Positions 19,801 through 28,049 of a DNA stretch of 64,000 nucleotides are shown in pieces (the stretch's first letter is position 1; each line of letters begins with the position of its first letter). Under the pieces are notes generated by a model. The model saw nothing but the letters and a program-made list of their open reading frames with translations, had not been told where the DNA came from and did no database searches. The translations under genes were made by a program, and so were the position numbers. Origin of the DNA: Bacteroidales bacterium (GTDB lineage: Bacteria > Bacteroidota > Bacteroidia > Bacteroidales > UBA12170); assembly GCA_027858955.1 (NCBI GenBank), contig JAQIBR010000205.1:3845-67844 (forward strand), in the 5' to 3' direction.

Positions 19801-20191
19801 CGATTCCCACCAATAAAAGGATAAGGTTGAGAATTATAAAAACATAAAGGATGCCTATTGATTTCCCAATGATATATTCTGCATTTGTCATTGAGCGTGC
19901 ATAAATAACTTCAACGGTATCGTTTTTGCGATCTTGCTTCAAAAATTCCGAAGCTAAAAATACAGCCACTATGGCTTGACCAAGATTTAAGATTAGAAGA
20001 TTTACATAAGCGATATTTCCCGGTAATGCTCTATACAACCATGGTGCACCGCTGGATTCGACAAAAATAGCTGCATTAAAAATACCTAAAAAGACAATGG
20101 AAAGCCCTGCAAAAATCCGAAAGAACCAGGAGCGGAGCAGGGTCTTCATCTCAAAGCGAGCAATCGTATTTATTTTTTTTATTGAGAGCAT
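16835..20191 (-). CDS. ABC-2 permease fused to a large extracytoplasmic region (M1-peptidase-like, no HExxH) and a C-terminal golvesin/xanthan-lyase-CBM-like module
   Basis: About 6 N-terminal TMs (EMKTLLRSWFFR..., DTVEVIYARSMTNAEYIIGK), then WYPTAG, then C-terminal YDIYCH...GWNYMGTF...ADAIKW. Domain names come from motif recognition. Confidence 0.65.
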   Translation of the reverse strand: MLSIKKINTIARFEMKTLLRSWFFRIFAGLSIVFLGIFNAAIFVESSGAPWLYRALPGNIAYVNLLILNLGQAIVAVFLASEFLKQDRKNDTVEVIYARSMTNAEYIIGKSIGILYVFIILNLILLLVGIGFSFLASDSSLGLGQLFLYPLLISLPTLVFILGLSFSMMILFKNQAITFIILLGYIALTIFYLNNKLYHLFDFIAYTVPMMNSEIAGFGNLNEIVIHRSIYFFLGLGLIFITIFKINRLPQSKKLTSLPLIIGIIFLAFGGVLINKYISLKEDTIELKQEMIALNNQYAFKTKVDVIENTIVLNHKGESIQMQSDLIIQNNSGTIIDTLIFNLNPLLKIRAVKLDDQAIDFVRDLHLIRLILPNAISELSTHELSFDYEGGIDERTHFLDLDPEEFKNDFNIEIFRVRKRFAYLNEDFVCLTRESLWYPTAGVSYTTVRPAYYAPDFTNFNLKVITSDNLVAISQGAQSSDAAGEFTFEPEFPLTQLSLLIGDYQKYSLTVDSIEYGIYAIKGNEFFTQHFTDISDSLPGMIRDLKNEYETAIGLTYPFKRLFMAEVPVHFALDKHIYSIASDAVQPEIIFYPEKGVTLEETDFRSRKIRFERRMERDNEEVTPQDIQERIFKRFVRGNYMANHQEWYQYEEIMDRNSFTIFPNYYNFISQLRSEKWPMLDLSLGIYLKERNSNVVSSYRWFFTDINKGERINLELKDASLQELLISGLEIRDKTLDFDEQISLNDIIQAKGDHLFSLFRARYGTAEFNAVLNQFVENHQHQSYSFEDLNEVFEKQFKSNITTEIADWYETKKLPGFLIKDIESFKVMDGDYTKYQVTFKIANPEPVDGLITFIADMENQETRNEDNQVLPDFTQKIHIPAGKAIEFGYIFNNEPTRINFFTHISENLPNNLIYDLEGSDDIRKGKGFEGKRSTEFFANLDEPNAIIVDNEDEGFTYFEDLNLSYLKSLVDKSRKEGYKYQGIRWWSPPSRWTAVVRSGYYGKYVRSALYTASGEGNRTATWNAEITEPAYYDIYCHIEKINVSFRRNGRSRNNNASFNFRIHHEDGIEDITLLDKDVESGWNYMGTFFITPETSIVDMTNKSKGMMISADAIKWIKN

Positions 20192-20218
20192 CTCTGGCTT
20201 GTATTTAATGTGCTAATT

Positions 20219-21103
20219 TTACTTGTGATTTGTTAAATGTTCCATATAATAGACATAGGCATGTTCAAGGTTTGGTTCGATCTCAATGGCATTGCTGGCT
20301 TCAATATTGTCGCCAACCAATTGAACTTCCCATCCATCCTCTGTCGGAATAGTTGAAATGACTGCGTATTTTTCTTTCAGCATATCGTATTCGTATCCAG
20401 AGGCTGTTACTTGCCAAACATGTCCTTTTGTTTTAGCAATAAGCTCTTCTGGAGAACCTGTAAACTCAACAAATCCGTTGTTCAATAAGGCCAGATTATT
20501 ACAGCCACTCGAAATATCGCCAACAATATGTGTTGATAAAACGATAATGACATCTTTCTGACTCAGTTCGGATAAAATATTACGAAATCGGATACGTTCT
20601 TCAGGATCGAGGCCTGTAGTTGGTTCATCGACGACGATAATTTTCGGATCTCCAATTAAAGCTTGAGCAATACCAAGTCGTCTTTTCATACCGCCTGAAA
20701 GATTGTTTGCATCACGATCGCGGAAATCAAATAAGCCAACTTTTTCCAGCCATTCATCAACTTTGGCTGATCGTACTTTTTTCTGATTCAGTCCGGAAAG
20801 TCCAGCAGCATAGTCTAAGAATTCCCAGGTTTTAAGTTTGGTGAAAAAGCGGAAGTCTTGAGGTAGATAGCCTAACATTTGCCGAATTTCCTTTCTATTT
20901 TTAATCAGATCGAAATTATCTATTTTTACACTTCCTGCGCTTGGCAAAAGCATAGTTACAAGTATGCGCATCAAACTAGATTTCCCTGCGCCATTTGGCC
21001 CTAATAACCCAAACATTCCACTGCCAATTTCCAGATTTATATCAGAAAGAGCTTTCTTGCCGTTGCTATAAACCTGACTTAAATTGTTAATTTCGATCTT
21101 CAT
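20219..21103 (-). CDS. ABC transporter ATP-binding protein
   Basis: GPNGAGKS, LSGGMKRR, IIVVDEPTTG, LSTH. Confidence 0.93.
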   Translation of the reverse strand: MKIEINNLSQVYSNGKKALSDINLEIGSGMFGLLGPNGAGKSSLMRILVTMLLPSAGSVKIDNFDLIKNRKEIRQMLGYLPQDFRFFTKLKTWEFLDYAAGLSGLNQKKVRSAKVDEWLEKVGLFDFRDRDANNLSGGMKRRLGIAQALIGDPKIIVVDEPTTGLDPEERIRFRNILSELSQKDVIIVLSTHIVGDISSGCNNLALLNNGFVEFTGSPEELIAKTKGHVWQVTASGYEYDMLKEKYAVISTIPTEDGWEVQLVGDNIEASNAIEIEPNLEHAYVYYMEHLTNHK

Positions 21104-21186
21104 GTATTCTATCGTAAGCGTTAAGTATACTGATTTTTAAGCGTTTAAAAAATAGGGTATTCTTCCTTTTAATCTCTGATGCATAT

Positions 21187-21213
21187 GACGTTTAAAAGGG
21201 GCGAAGGGTTACA
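21187..21213 (-). promoter_or_regulatory. Putative ECF-sigma promoter of the ABC/RND operon
   Basis: TGTAAC-N17-CGTC on the minus strand, about 85 bp upstream of the first ATG. Confidence 0.5.
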
Positions 21214-21321
21214 GAAATCCACTGATTAGATGAATTAGGAAAGTGCTAATTACGCTCGTGTTTTATGTCTTACATATAAAGAACCAAAGGTATGACTTTT
21301 GATTATTCATTGAGTTTTACC

Positions 21322-21423
21322 TCTATCATTTTAATAATTTCTCAAACCGGAATTATTATCATTAAAATATCAGCCGATAGACTGAACAAGAATGAACTTA
21401 TTGGATTGATAAGGAAAGATTGA
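21322..21423 (+). repeat. Direct repeat copy 2: orphan 3' end of the ABC permease gene
   Basis: Translates SIILIISQTGIIIIKISADRLNKNELIGLIRKD*, versus SIILIISLTGIIIIKISADRLIKNELIGLIRKD* in copy 1. Confidence 0.9.
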
Positions 21424-21488
21424 ACGTGAAGCCAACAATTATCTAACATCCTTATTACACTATGACTCCAATTTATGGCTGATTAAAA

Positions 21489-22697
21489 CTATTTTTTAAA
21501 GATAAACGGAGTTATTGCACGCTGGTATAATCCATGAATATAGGAAATTGTCATACCATAATTTGAAACTGGTATGCCTGCTTCAATAGCAGGTTTTAGC
21601 CTGTTAATAATTTGCTTATTCGTAAGAACACAACCACCACATTGAATTACAATTGCATAATCATGAATATTTCGGGGTAAGTCATTTAAGCCGGAAACAA
21701 TGTCAAAATAAAGTTTTTTGTCTGTAAATTTACTGAGCCAGTACGGTAGTTTTTCTCTTCCTATATCTCCGCATTCAATCTGATGAGCACAAGATTCTAA
21801 AATCAATATTTTATCATTCTCTTTTAAATCAGATAATTTAGGTGTTCCTCTTAGGAAATTTTGGAAATCACCTTTATAATAGGCCAATAAAATACTGAAA
21901 CTTGTTAGTGGAATATCCAAAGGAATAAGCTTATTAACACTTTCAAATACCTGACTGTCAGTAATAACTAAATCTAGTTTTATATGGGTTTTATTTAAAA
22001 ATGATTCAATTTCGTTATCTTTTAATACAATTGCGCTACAGTCATTATCAAGAACATCTCTGATAGCCATCACTTCAGGCAAGATAAGTCTCCCCTCTGG
22101 AGTTTCTTTATCAATAGGCATTACTAGCATAATAATGTCACCTTTTGAAACCAAGTTATTTAATAAAGAGGTTTTTTTATAAATATTTGGTGGATTGTTT
22201 TTCTTTATAAGATTAATTATCTTATTTAAGTTAGTGGGAATTATAGTACTAAAATCGACAATATCAGTTTGGGCGATTTTCAGAATTTCTTTTCTCGTTT
22301 CCTTATTAATCTTCTCCAAATCAGATTTATTATGAATAATAAAATATGGAACAGAATATTCATCAAATTCTTTGATCAGATTTATCTCATATTCATTAAT
22401 ACTATTTTGAGCGATAAGCAAAATAGCAAGGTCAATAATTTTGACAATCTTCTTGGTTTTAGCAATCCTTTTTAATCCTAATTCGCCTTTATCGTCAATA
22501 CCTGCAGTATCGATAATAATGGCAGGTCCTACACCGAAAATCTCAATTGATTTTTTTACTGGATCTGTGGTAGTGCCTGATTTACTTGAAACAATAGCAA
22601 CATCCTGATTAATAATAGTATTTATGAATGAGCTTTTACCAGTATTTCTCTTGCCGAAAATTCCAATGTGTGGCTTTTGATCTCTTCCTTTTGACAT
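21489..22697 (-). CDS. hydF: [FeFe]-hydrogenase maturation GTPase HydF
   Basis: GKRNTGKS, TTTDPV, DTAG, NKSD, CAH...QCGGC. Confidence 0.95.
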   Translation of the reverse strand: MSKGRDQKPHIGIFGKRNTGKSSFINTIINQDVAIVSSKSGTTTDPVKKSIEIFGVGPAIIIDTAGIDDKGELGLKRIAKTKKIVKIIDLAILLIAQNSINEYEINLIKEFDEYSVPYFIIHNKSDLEKINKETRKEILKIAQTDIVDFSTIIPTNLNKIINLIKKNNPPNIYKKTSLLNNLVSKGDIIMLVMPIDKETPEGRLILPEVMAIRDVLDNDCSAIVLKDNEIESFLNKTHIKLDLVITDSQVFESVNKLIPLDIPLTSFSILLAYYKGDFQNFLRGTPKLSDLKENDKILILESCAHQIECGDIGREKLPYWLSKFTDKKLYFDIVSGLNDLPRNIHDYAIVIQCGGCVLTNKQIINRLKPAIEAGIPVSNYGMTISYIHGLYQRAITPFIFKK

Positions 22698-22719
22698 GGT
22701 TTTAAAATAAATTAGCGAA

Positions 22720-24144
22720 TTAGAAATATAAATCTCTTTCGTTTTCTTTAATCAGTTTTAGTTTTTCAATCAAAAGTTTTTTTAAACTGATTTCCTCCAT
22801 TTCCTTGAGTTTTTCATCTATCAATAAATAGCCTTTTTCTTTGGTTATTGGCGAGGCATAATCTTCCAAATATTCGGATAATGTTAGTATTGCATTTGGC
22901 TGGCAGTATCGTTTAATAAATCCCGGAATCGAAAATTCCATAAAATGCTCTCCGGTGCGTCCTAACCTATAACAAGCTGTACAAAACGATGGAATAAATC
23001 CTTGATCCAGAAGCTCTTGAATAACCTCCTCTAATGAACGATCATCATTAATTGCAAATTGCTCTTCATCAAGTTGCTGTTCCTTTTCTTTTTTGGAATA
23101 GCCTTTCATTTGAATATTTGTACCACCGTCAATTTGAGACACACCAAACTGCATTATCTCATTACGGATATTTGCAGGCTCTCTAGCAGTCAATATCATA
23201 CCTGTATATGGAACTGCCAGACGCAAGATGGCAACCAATTTTGTAAAATCATCATCGCTAATCAAATTGGATTTATCTATATCCAGATCTAATGCATTTT
23301 GAATTCTTGGAAAAGAAATTGTATGCGGGCCGATATTGTAAACAGCTTCAAAATGATTGACATGCCGAAGAAGCCCCATCACCTCAAATCGCCATTTATA
23401 AAGGCCAAACAGAACGCCAATGCCAACATCGTCAATAAGAGCTTCTTGAGCCCTATCTAATGCTGTCAGTCGCCAATTATAATCTCTTTTTTTGCCGCTT
23501 TGATGAACTTTCTTAAAAGTTTCGTTGTGATAAGTTTCCTGAAAAACCTGATAAGTACCAATACCGGCGTCTTTGATTATTTTATATCCTTCAATATCAA
23601 ATGGTGCAGCATTAATATTCACACGGCGAATTTCACCCATTCCCTTTTTTACTTTATAAACAGTTTGAACAGATTCGGCAATAAAATTAGCGTCATACTT
23701 TGGGTGTTCTCCATAAACAAGAATCAATCGTTTATGTCCGTTATCTTCAAGTTGTTCAACTTCCTCAATTAAATCTTTGTCTATAAGAGTTTCTCTTTTT
23801 ACAGTTTTATTACTCGCTTTAAAACCACAATAAGCACAATTATTGGCACAATAATTCCCAACATAAAGTGGTGCAAACAAAACAATTCTTTCTCCGTAAA
23901 TTTTTTTCTTTAACTCTCGAGCCCCTTGTTTTATTTCTTCAATCATTTCAGGCTCATTGGCATTCAAAAGATAAGCTGTATCTTCTAGGGATAATCGATT
24001 TTTGCCCAATGACTTTTGAATAATTTCTCTGACTTTTTCCTTAGTGGGATGACATTTTTTTAAATAATCATTAATTTCATCCTCATCAATAAAAGGCTTC
24101 ATCGCCTTGTCAGGAATCATGTATTTTTCAGGTGAAAGTATCAT
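22720..24144 (-). CDS. hydG: [FeFe]-hydrogenase maturation radical SAM protein HydG
   Basis: CANNCAYC radical SAM motif and C-terminal CTACYR...C auxiliary cluster motif. Confidence 0.95.
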   Translation of the reverse strand: MILSPEKYMIPDKAMKPFIDEDEINDYLKKCHPTKEKVREIIQKSLGKNRLSLEDTAYLLNANEPEMIEEIKQGARELKKKIYGERIVLFAPLYVGNYCANNCAYCGFKASNKTVKRETLIDKDLIEEVEQLEDNGHKRLILVYGEHPKYDANFIAESVQTVYKVKKGMGEIRRVNINAAPFDIEGYKIIKDAGIGTYQVFQETYHNETFKKVHQSGKKRDYNWRLTALDRAQEALIDDVGIGVLFGLYKWRFEVMGLLRHVNHFEAVYNIGPHTISFPRIQNALDLDIDKSNLISDDDFTKLVAILRLAVPYTGMILTAREPANIRNEIMQFGVSQIDGGTNIQMKGYSKKEKEQQLDEEQFAINDDRSLEEVIQELLDQGFIPSFCTACYRLGRTGEHFMEFSIPGFIKRYCQPNAILTLSEYLEDYASPITKEKGYLLIDEKLKEMEEISLKKLLIEKLKLIKENERDLYF

Positions 24145-24154
24145 CCTTAGTTTT

Positions 24155-24397
24155 TTAGATTAAAACTATTTTAATTTTAATATCTCGTAATCGACCTATT
24201 TTGCCAGCTAGTGTATTAATATGATTTATCTCGCCTTCAAAAATGATTACAATAATATTTAACCCTCGATCTTTAAATGAAACACCTTGGCGACTAAGAA
24301 TTAAAAAGGAATAATCAGATAAAAATGTATTTAAATCTGCTATGGATGGTGAAGCTTGATTTACAATAATTAACGCATTTCCAATTCTCTTCTCCAT
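24155..24397 (-). CDS. TM1266-family iron-only hydrogenase system putative regulator (ACT-like)
   Basis: 80 aa with ILSRQG...INTLAGKIGRL, located between hydA and hydG. Confidence 0.8.
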   Translation of the reverse strand: MEKRIGNALIIVNQASPSIADLNTFLSDYSFLILSRQGVSFKDRGLNIIVIIFEGEINHINTLAGKIGRLRDIKIKIVLI

Positions 24398-24512
24398 CAG
24401 TAATTCTTTTGTGTTAGAAATCTTTTTTTTATCTCATTGCTCAAACATGCTAACGGATTGCTCCGTTAGTCCTATGATTTGCATCTAGAAAACCAGTATT
24501 TATAAAGAACAA

Positions 24513-26291
24513 TCAAAATTTATTTCGTTTTGTATAGCTGGTGTGCAATAATTTATGAGACTTTTCTCCAAGCGGTTCTTTCAAAAAATCATCATAAATT
24601 TTCTTAACTTCAGAATTTTCGTGAGATTTCCTAAGTGTCATATTTCTGTCTTCTTCATAAATTGACTCAATCCTTTTTTTGCGAATTTCTGCATTGGTAG
24701 GTATTGGTTGCCCACCACCACCAATACACCCACCTGGACATGCCATAATTTCAATAAAGTGATATGGCGACTCTCCGGCTTCGATTTGTTTCATAATAAT
24801 TCGGGCATTTTTTAAGCCATGCGAAACCGCCACTTTCAATTCCACTCCTTCGAGGAAATTCCATTCGGGCAAACTGCCTTCAATTTTGATGCTTGCTTCT
24901 TTAATTCCATCTGTACCTCGAACCGGAAGAATCTCTAGGTTATCAAATGGAACTTGTCGTCCTGTAACTACTTCATAAGCAGTTCGTAAGGCGGCTTCCA
25001 TAACACCGCCAGTAGCACCAAAAATAACTCCAGCACCTGACGATTCACCCATGAGGCTATCAAAAGGTTGCGGCTCCAAATCAAGGAAATTAATACCTGA
25101 CTGTTTAATCATGTGTCCTAATTCACGTGTTGTCAATCCTGCATCAATATCTTGATATCCGCTGCTATGCATTTCAGGTCGATTGGCTTCAAATTTCTTT
25201 GCTGAACAAGGCATAATAGACACTGAAACAATATCCTTTGGATCTAAATGCATTTTTTCGGCATAATAAGTTTTTGCCAAAGCCCCAAACATCTGTTGCG
25301 GTGATTTACAAGTTGAAAGATGTGCTAATTGGTATGGGAACATATGTTCAATATACTTTATCCAGCCAGGCGAACATGATGTAATCATGGGTAACGACAC
25401 ATCTTCTTTATCTACTAAAGCTTTTTTTAGACGTTGAAGAAGCTCATGTCCTTCCTCAATAATTGTTAAATCTGCAGTAAAATCGGTATCCAATACAGAA
25501 TCAGCACCAATTTGCCTTAAAGCAGCAGCCATTTTTCCTGTTACTCTTGTTCCAGTAGGATATCCTAACATTTCTCCCAATGCCACTCGAACCGAAGGTG
25601 CAGTATTAACAATAACATGTTTGGAATCGTCACCCATTGCTTCCCATATTTCATCGTAATACATCCTTTCGGTTAGAGCTCCAGTGGGACAATGGTTTAC
25701 ACATTGTCCGCAATTTGTACAAGGGACATTATTCAATGGTAATCCCATAAATGTCTGAATGTGCATGTCTTTTCCTTTTTCTGCTACAGTTATTACATTT
25801 ACACCTTGAATCTCAGAACAAGTACGTACACATCGTTGGCATTTCACACATTTACTGGGATCAAATTGAATAGCAGGTGAGGAATCATCAATTTTATATT
25901 CTTTTCCTTCGCATAAATCCATAAATAAATAATCGCCAACAGTGTATTTGCTTGCCAAATCCTGTAATTCACAATTTCCGTTTTTATAACACTTTGTGCA
26001 TTTTTCGTCATGTTCACTCAGTAAAAGCTCAACAATATGCTTTCTGGATGTTTGCACCTTAGCAGAATGGGTTAAAATTTTCATACCTTCGATCACAGGT
26101 GTAGCACAAGAAGCGGTTAATGTATTTTTACCTTTTTCTTCCACCACACACACGCGACAATTCCCTGCAATGCACAAATCATCGTGATGGCAAAGTGTTG
26201 GTATTTCGATACCAATTTTCTGAGCGGCTTCCAAGATTGTTGTCCCTTCTTCTACTTTAACCGGAACATTATCTATATTAATGGTTAACAT
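24513..26291 (-). CDS. hydA: Group A [FeFe]-hydrogenase catalytic subunit (HydA/HndD-like)
   Basis: H-cluster motifs TSCSPGW, MPCSAKKFE and EIMACPGGCIGGGGQP, plus N-terminal 2Fe-2S, His-ligated 4Fe-4S and 2x4Fe-4S motifs. Confidence 0.95.
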   Translation of the reverse strand: MLTINIDNVPVKVEEGTTILEAAQKIGIEIPTLCHHDDLCIAGNCRVCVVEEKGKNTLTASCATPVIEGMKILTHSAKVQTSRKHIVELLLSEHDEKCTKCYKNGNCELQDLASKYTVGDYLFMDLCEGKEYKIDDSSPAIQFDPSKCVKCQRCVRTCSEIQGVNVITVAEKGKDMHIQTFMGLPLNNVPCTNCGQCVNHCPTGALTERMYYDEIWEAMGDDSKHVIVNTAPSVRVALGEMLGYPTGTRVTGKMAAALRQIGADSVLDTDFTADLTIIEEGHELLQRLKKALVDKEDVSLPMITSCSPGWIKYIEHMFPYQLAHLSTCKSPQQMFGALAKTYYAEKMHLDPKDIVSVSIMPCSAKKFEANRPEMHSSGYQDIDAGLTTRELGHMIKQSGINFLDLEPQPFDSLMGESSGAGVIFGATGGVMEAALRTAYEVVTGRQVPFDNLEILPVRGTDGIKEASIKIEGSLPEWNFLEGVELKVAVSHGLKNARIIMKQIEAGESPYHFIEIMACPGGCIGGGGQPIPTNAEIRKKRIESIYEEDRNMTLRKSHENSEVKKIYDDFLKEPLGEKSHKLLHTSYTKRNKF

Positions 26292-26307
26292 ATCTTCAAT
26301 TTTTTTA

Positions 26308-27492
26308 TTAATAAATAATTTCTTCTGTAAATTCTTCGACTATGGATTGGAAAGAATTGGCAATTGATTGTCCAAGTCCGCATTTGGAAGAAACACGCAT
26401 AGTGTCTGCCAATTTTACCAATGTTTTTAAATAGGAAGATGGTTTATTATTTGCTTTAATTGCCTCAATACCTAATAAAAGTTGCTGTACTCCAACTCTG
26501 CATGGTGTGCATTGTCCGCAAGATTCTTCACAGAAAAAATCTAAATAATTATGTAGGACATTATACATGGAACGGGAGCTATTAAAGATCATTATAGAGC
26601 CGCCTGTAGGTAATGAATCTCCAGTAAACTTACCGGTAAATCCGATTGTGCGTTTAGCAAAAGATTTTCTTGGGACACAAAAACCAGAAACACCACCCAC
26701 TTGAACAGCTTTCGTATCTCCATCGCCGAATTCATCTACAAGGTCTTGAACAGTCAATCCTAATTCCAATTCATAAACACCTCCTTTAGGAGTATCACCT
26801 GAAATTGAGAATAACTTAGATCCTTTTTGTCCGTGAATCCCGAATTTATTAAATTCCTTTGCCCCAATGCTGCAAACCATCCTTGCCGAAACAAATGTTT
26901 CAACATTATTTACAACAGTCGGCTTTCCAAGATAACCATTTACAACCGGAAATGGAGGTTTATTCCTTGGTTCTCCACGTTTTCCTTCCATAGACTCTAT
27001 CAATGCAGTTTCTTCACCACAAACATAAGCTCCTGATCCTGAAAAAATTTCGATTGAAAAATCCAGATTTAATTTCTTTGCTTCTGCTTCAAAAATATTA
27101 ATTTCCTTTTGCAAGTCCTTTTTCAAAAAATTGTATTCAGCCCGTAGATAAATAATTCCTTTATTTGCACCAATAATACTAGCACATAATGCCATCCCCG
27201 AAAAAACTTTTCTTGGAACTTGTGAAAGAATTTCCCTGTCTTTAAATGTTCCGGGTTCTCCTTCATCTGCATTACAAATCACATATTTTTCATTGCCCTT
27301 GGCTTCTTTTGCGAGTTTCCATTTCAGTCCGGTTAAAAAACCGGCTCCTCCTCTGCCTTTTAATCCCGATTCAATTAATTCTTGAATAATGGCATCCTTA
27401 TCTTTTTTTAACAATTCGCTCAATAACTTATATGGAGATGTAGAATAGGGTGCAAAAATGATATCTAATCGTTTTAATGAATTCTTACTCAT
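26308..27492 (-). CDS. hydB: NuoF-like NADH/FMN-binding hydrogenase subunit (short HydB)
   Basis: GRGGAGF, NADEGEPGTFKDR, GAYVCGEETAL, CGQCTPCRVG...CGLG. It is 394 aa and has no extra Fe-S domains. Confidence 0.9.
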   Translation of the reverse strand: MSKNSLKRLDIIFAPYSTSPYKLLSELLKKDKDAIIQELIESGLKGRGGAGFLTGLKWKLAKEAKGNEKYVICNADEGEPGTFKDREILSQVPRKVFSGMALCASIIGANKGIIYLRAEYNFLKKDLQKEINIFEAEAKKLNLDFSIEIFSGSGAYVCGEETALIESMEGKRGEPRNKPPFPVVNGYLGKPTVVNNVETFVSARMVCSIGAKEFNKFGIHGQKGSKLFSISGDTPKGGVYELELGLTVQDLVDEFGDGDTKAVQVGGVSGFCVPRKSFAKRTIGFTGKFTGDSLPTGGSIMIFNSSRSMYNVLHNYLDFFCEESCGQCTPCRVGVQQLLLGIEAIKANNKPSSYLKTLVKLADTMRVSSKCGLGQSIANSFQSIVEEFTEEIIY

Positions 27493-27974
27493 TATAATTC
27501 CTCCTGTTTGTTTTGTTTATATGCATTGATAATTCTTCTTACTTTATCAGGTGTTAATTCAGTATATACCTCATTATTAATAAGCATAACCGGGCCTTTA
27601 TGACACCACCCCAAACAGTTTGTATAAAGTAATGAGAACTTATTATTTCTGGTTGTTTCTCCTATCCTAATATCTAGGCAATTCTCTATAGCTTCAATTA
27701 TTTCTCTTTTGCCCTGCATATCACAGACAATGGTTTTGCAAACGCGAATAACATATTTGCCTAATTTCTTATTTGTTTCCAAAAAAGAATAAAAAGAAGC
27801 AGTGCCATATACATCTGCTGCAGAAATGTCAAGACTCTTCGCAACCTGTAACAGCGACTCAGAGCTCAGATAGTGATCTCTTTCAACAATTGATTGTAAA
27901 ATGGGTAATAAAACTTCGCGTTTTTTACCGGATTGGTTAATTTGTTTTTTTATTATTTCAGTTACATCAGACAT
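27492..27974 (-). CDS. hydC: NuoE-like [2Fe-2S] hydrogenase subunit (HydC)
   Basis: VYGTASFYSF, CKTIVC, CLGWC. Confidence 0.9.
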   Translation of the reverse strand: MSDVTEIIKKQINQSGKKREVLLPILQSIVERDHYLSSESLLQVAKSLDISAADVYGTASFYSFLETNKKLGKYVIRVCKTIVCDMQGKREIIEAIENCLDIRIGETTRNNKFSLLYTNCLGWCHKGPVMLINNEVYTELTPDKVRRIINAYKQNKQEEL

Positions 27975-27993
27975 TTTATCCTCCTTGTATTTG

Positions 27994-28011
27994 TTGTTAT
28001 TTATTTAACAA
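27994..28011. promoter_or_regulatory. Rex-like operator 1
   Basis: TTGTTAT-TTAT-TTAACAA, one mismatch to TTGTTAA-N4-TTAACAA. Confidence 0.6.
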
Positions 28012-28013
28012 TG

Positions 28014-28043
28014 CAAAAGTATAACTTAATAACAGATAAACAA
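28014..28043 (-). promoter_or_regulatory. Bacteroidota sigma70 promoter of the hyd operon
   Basis: TTG (28043-28041)-N19-TACTTTTG (28021-28014). Confidence 0.6.
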
Positions 28044-28049
28044 TAACTA

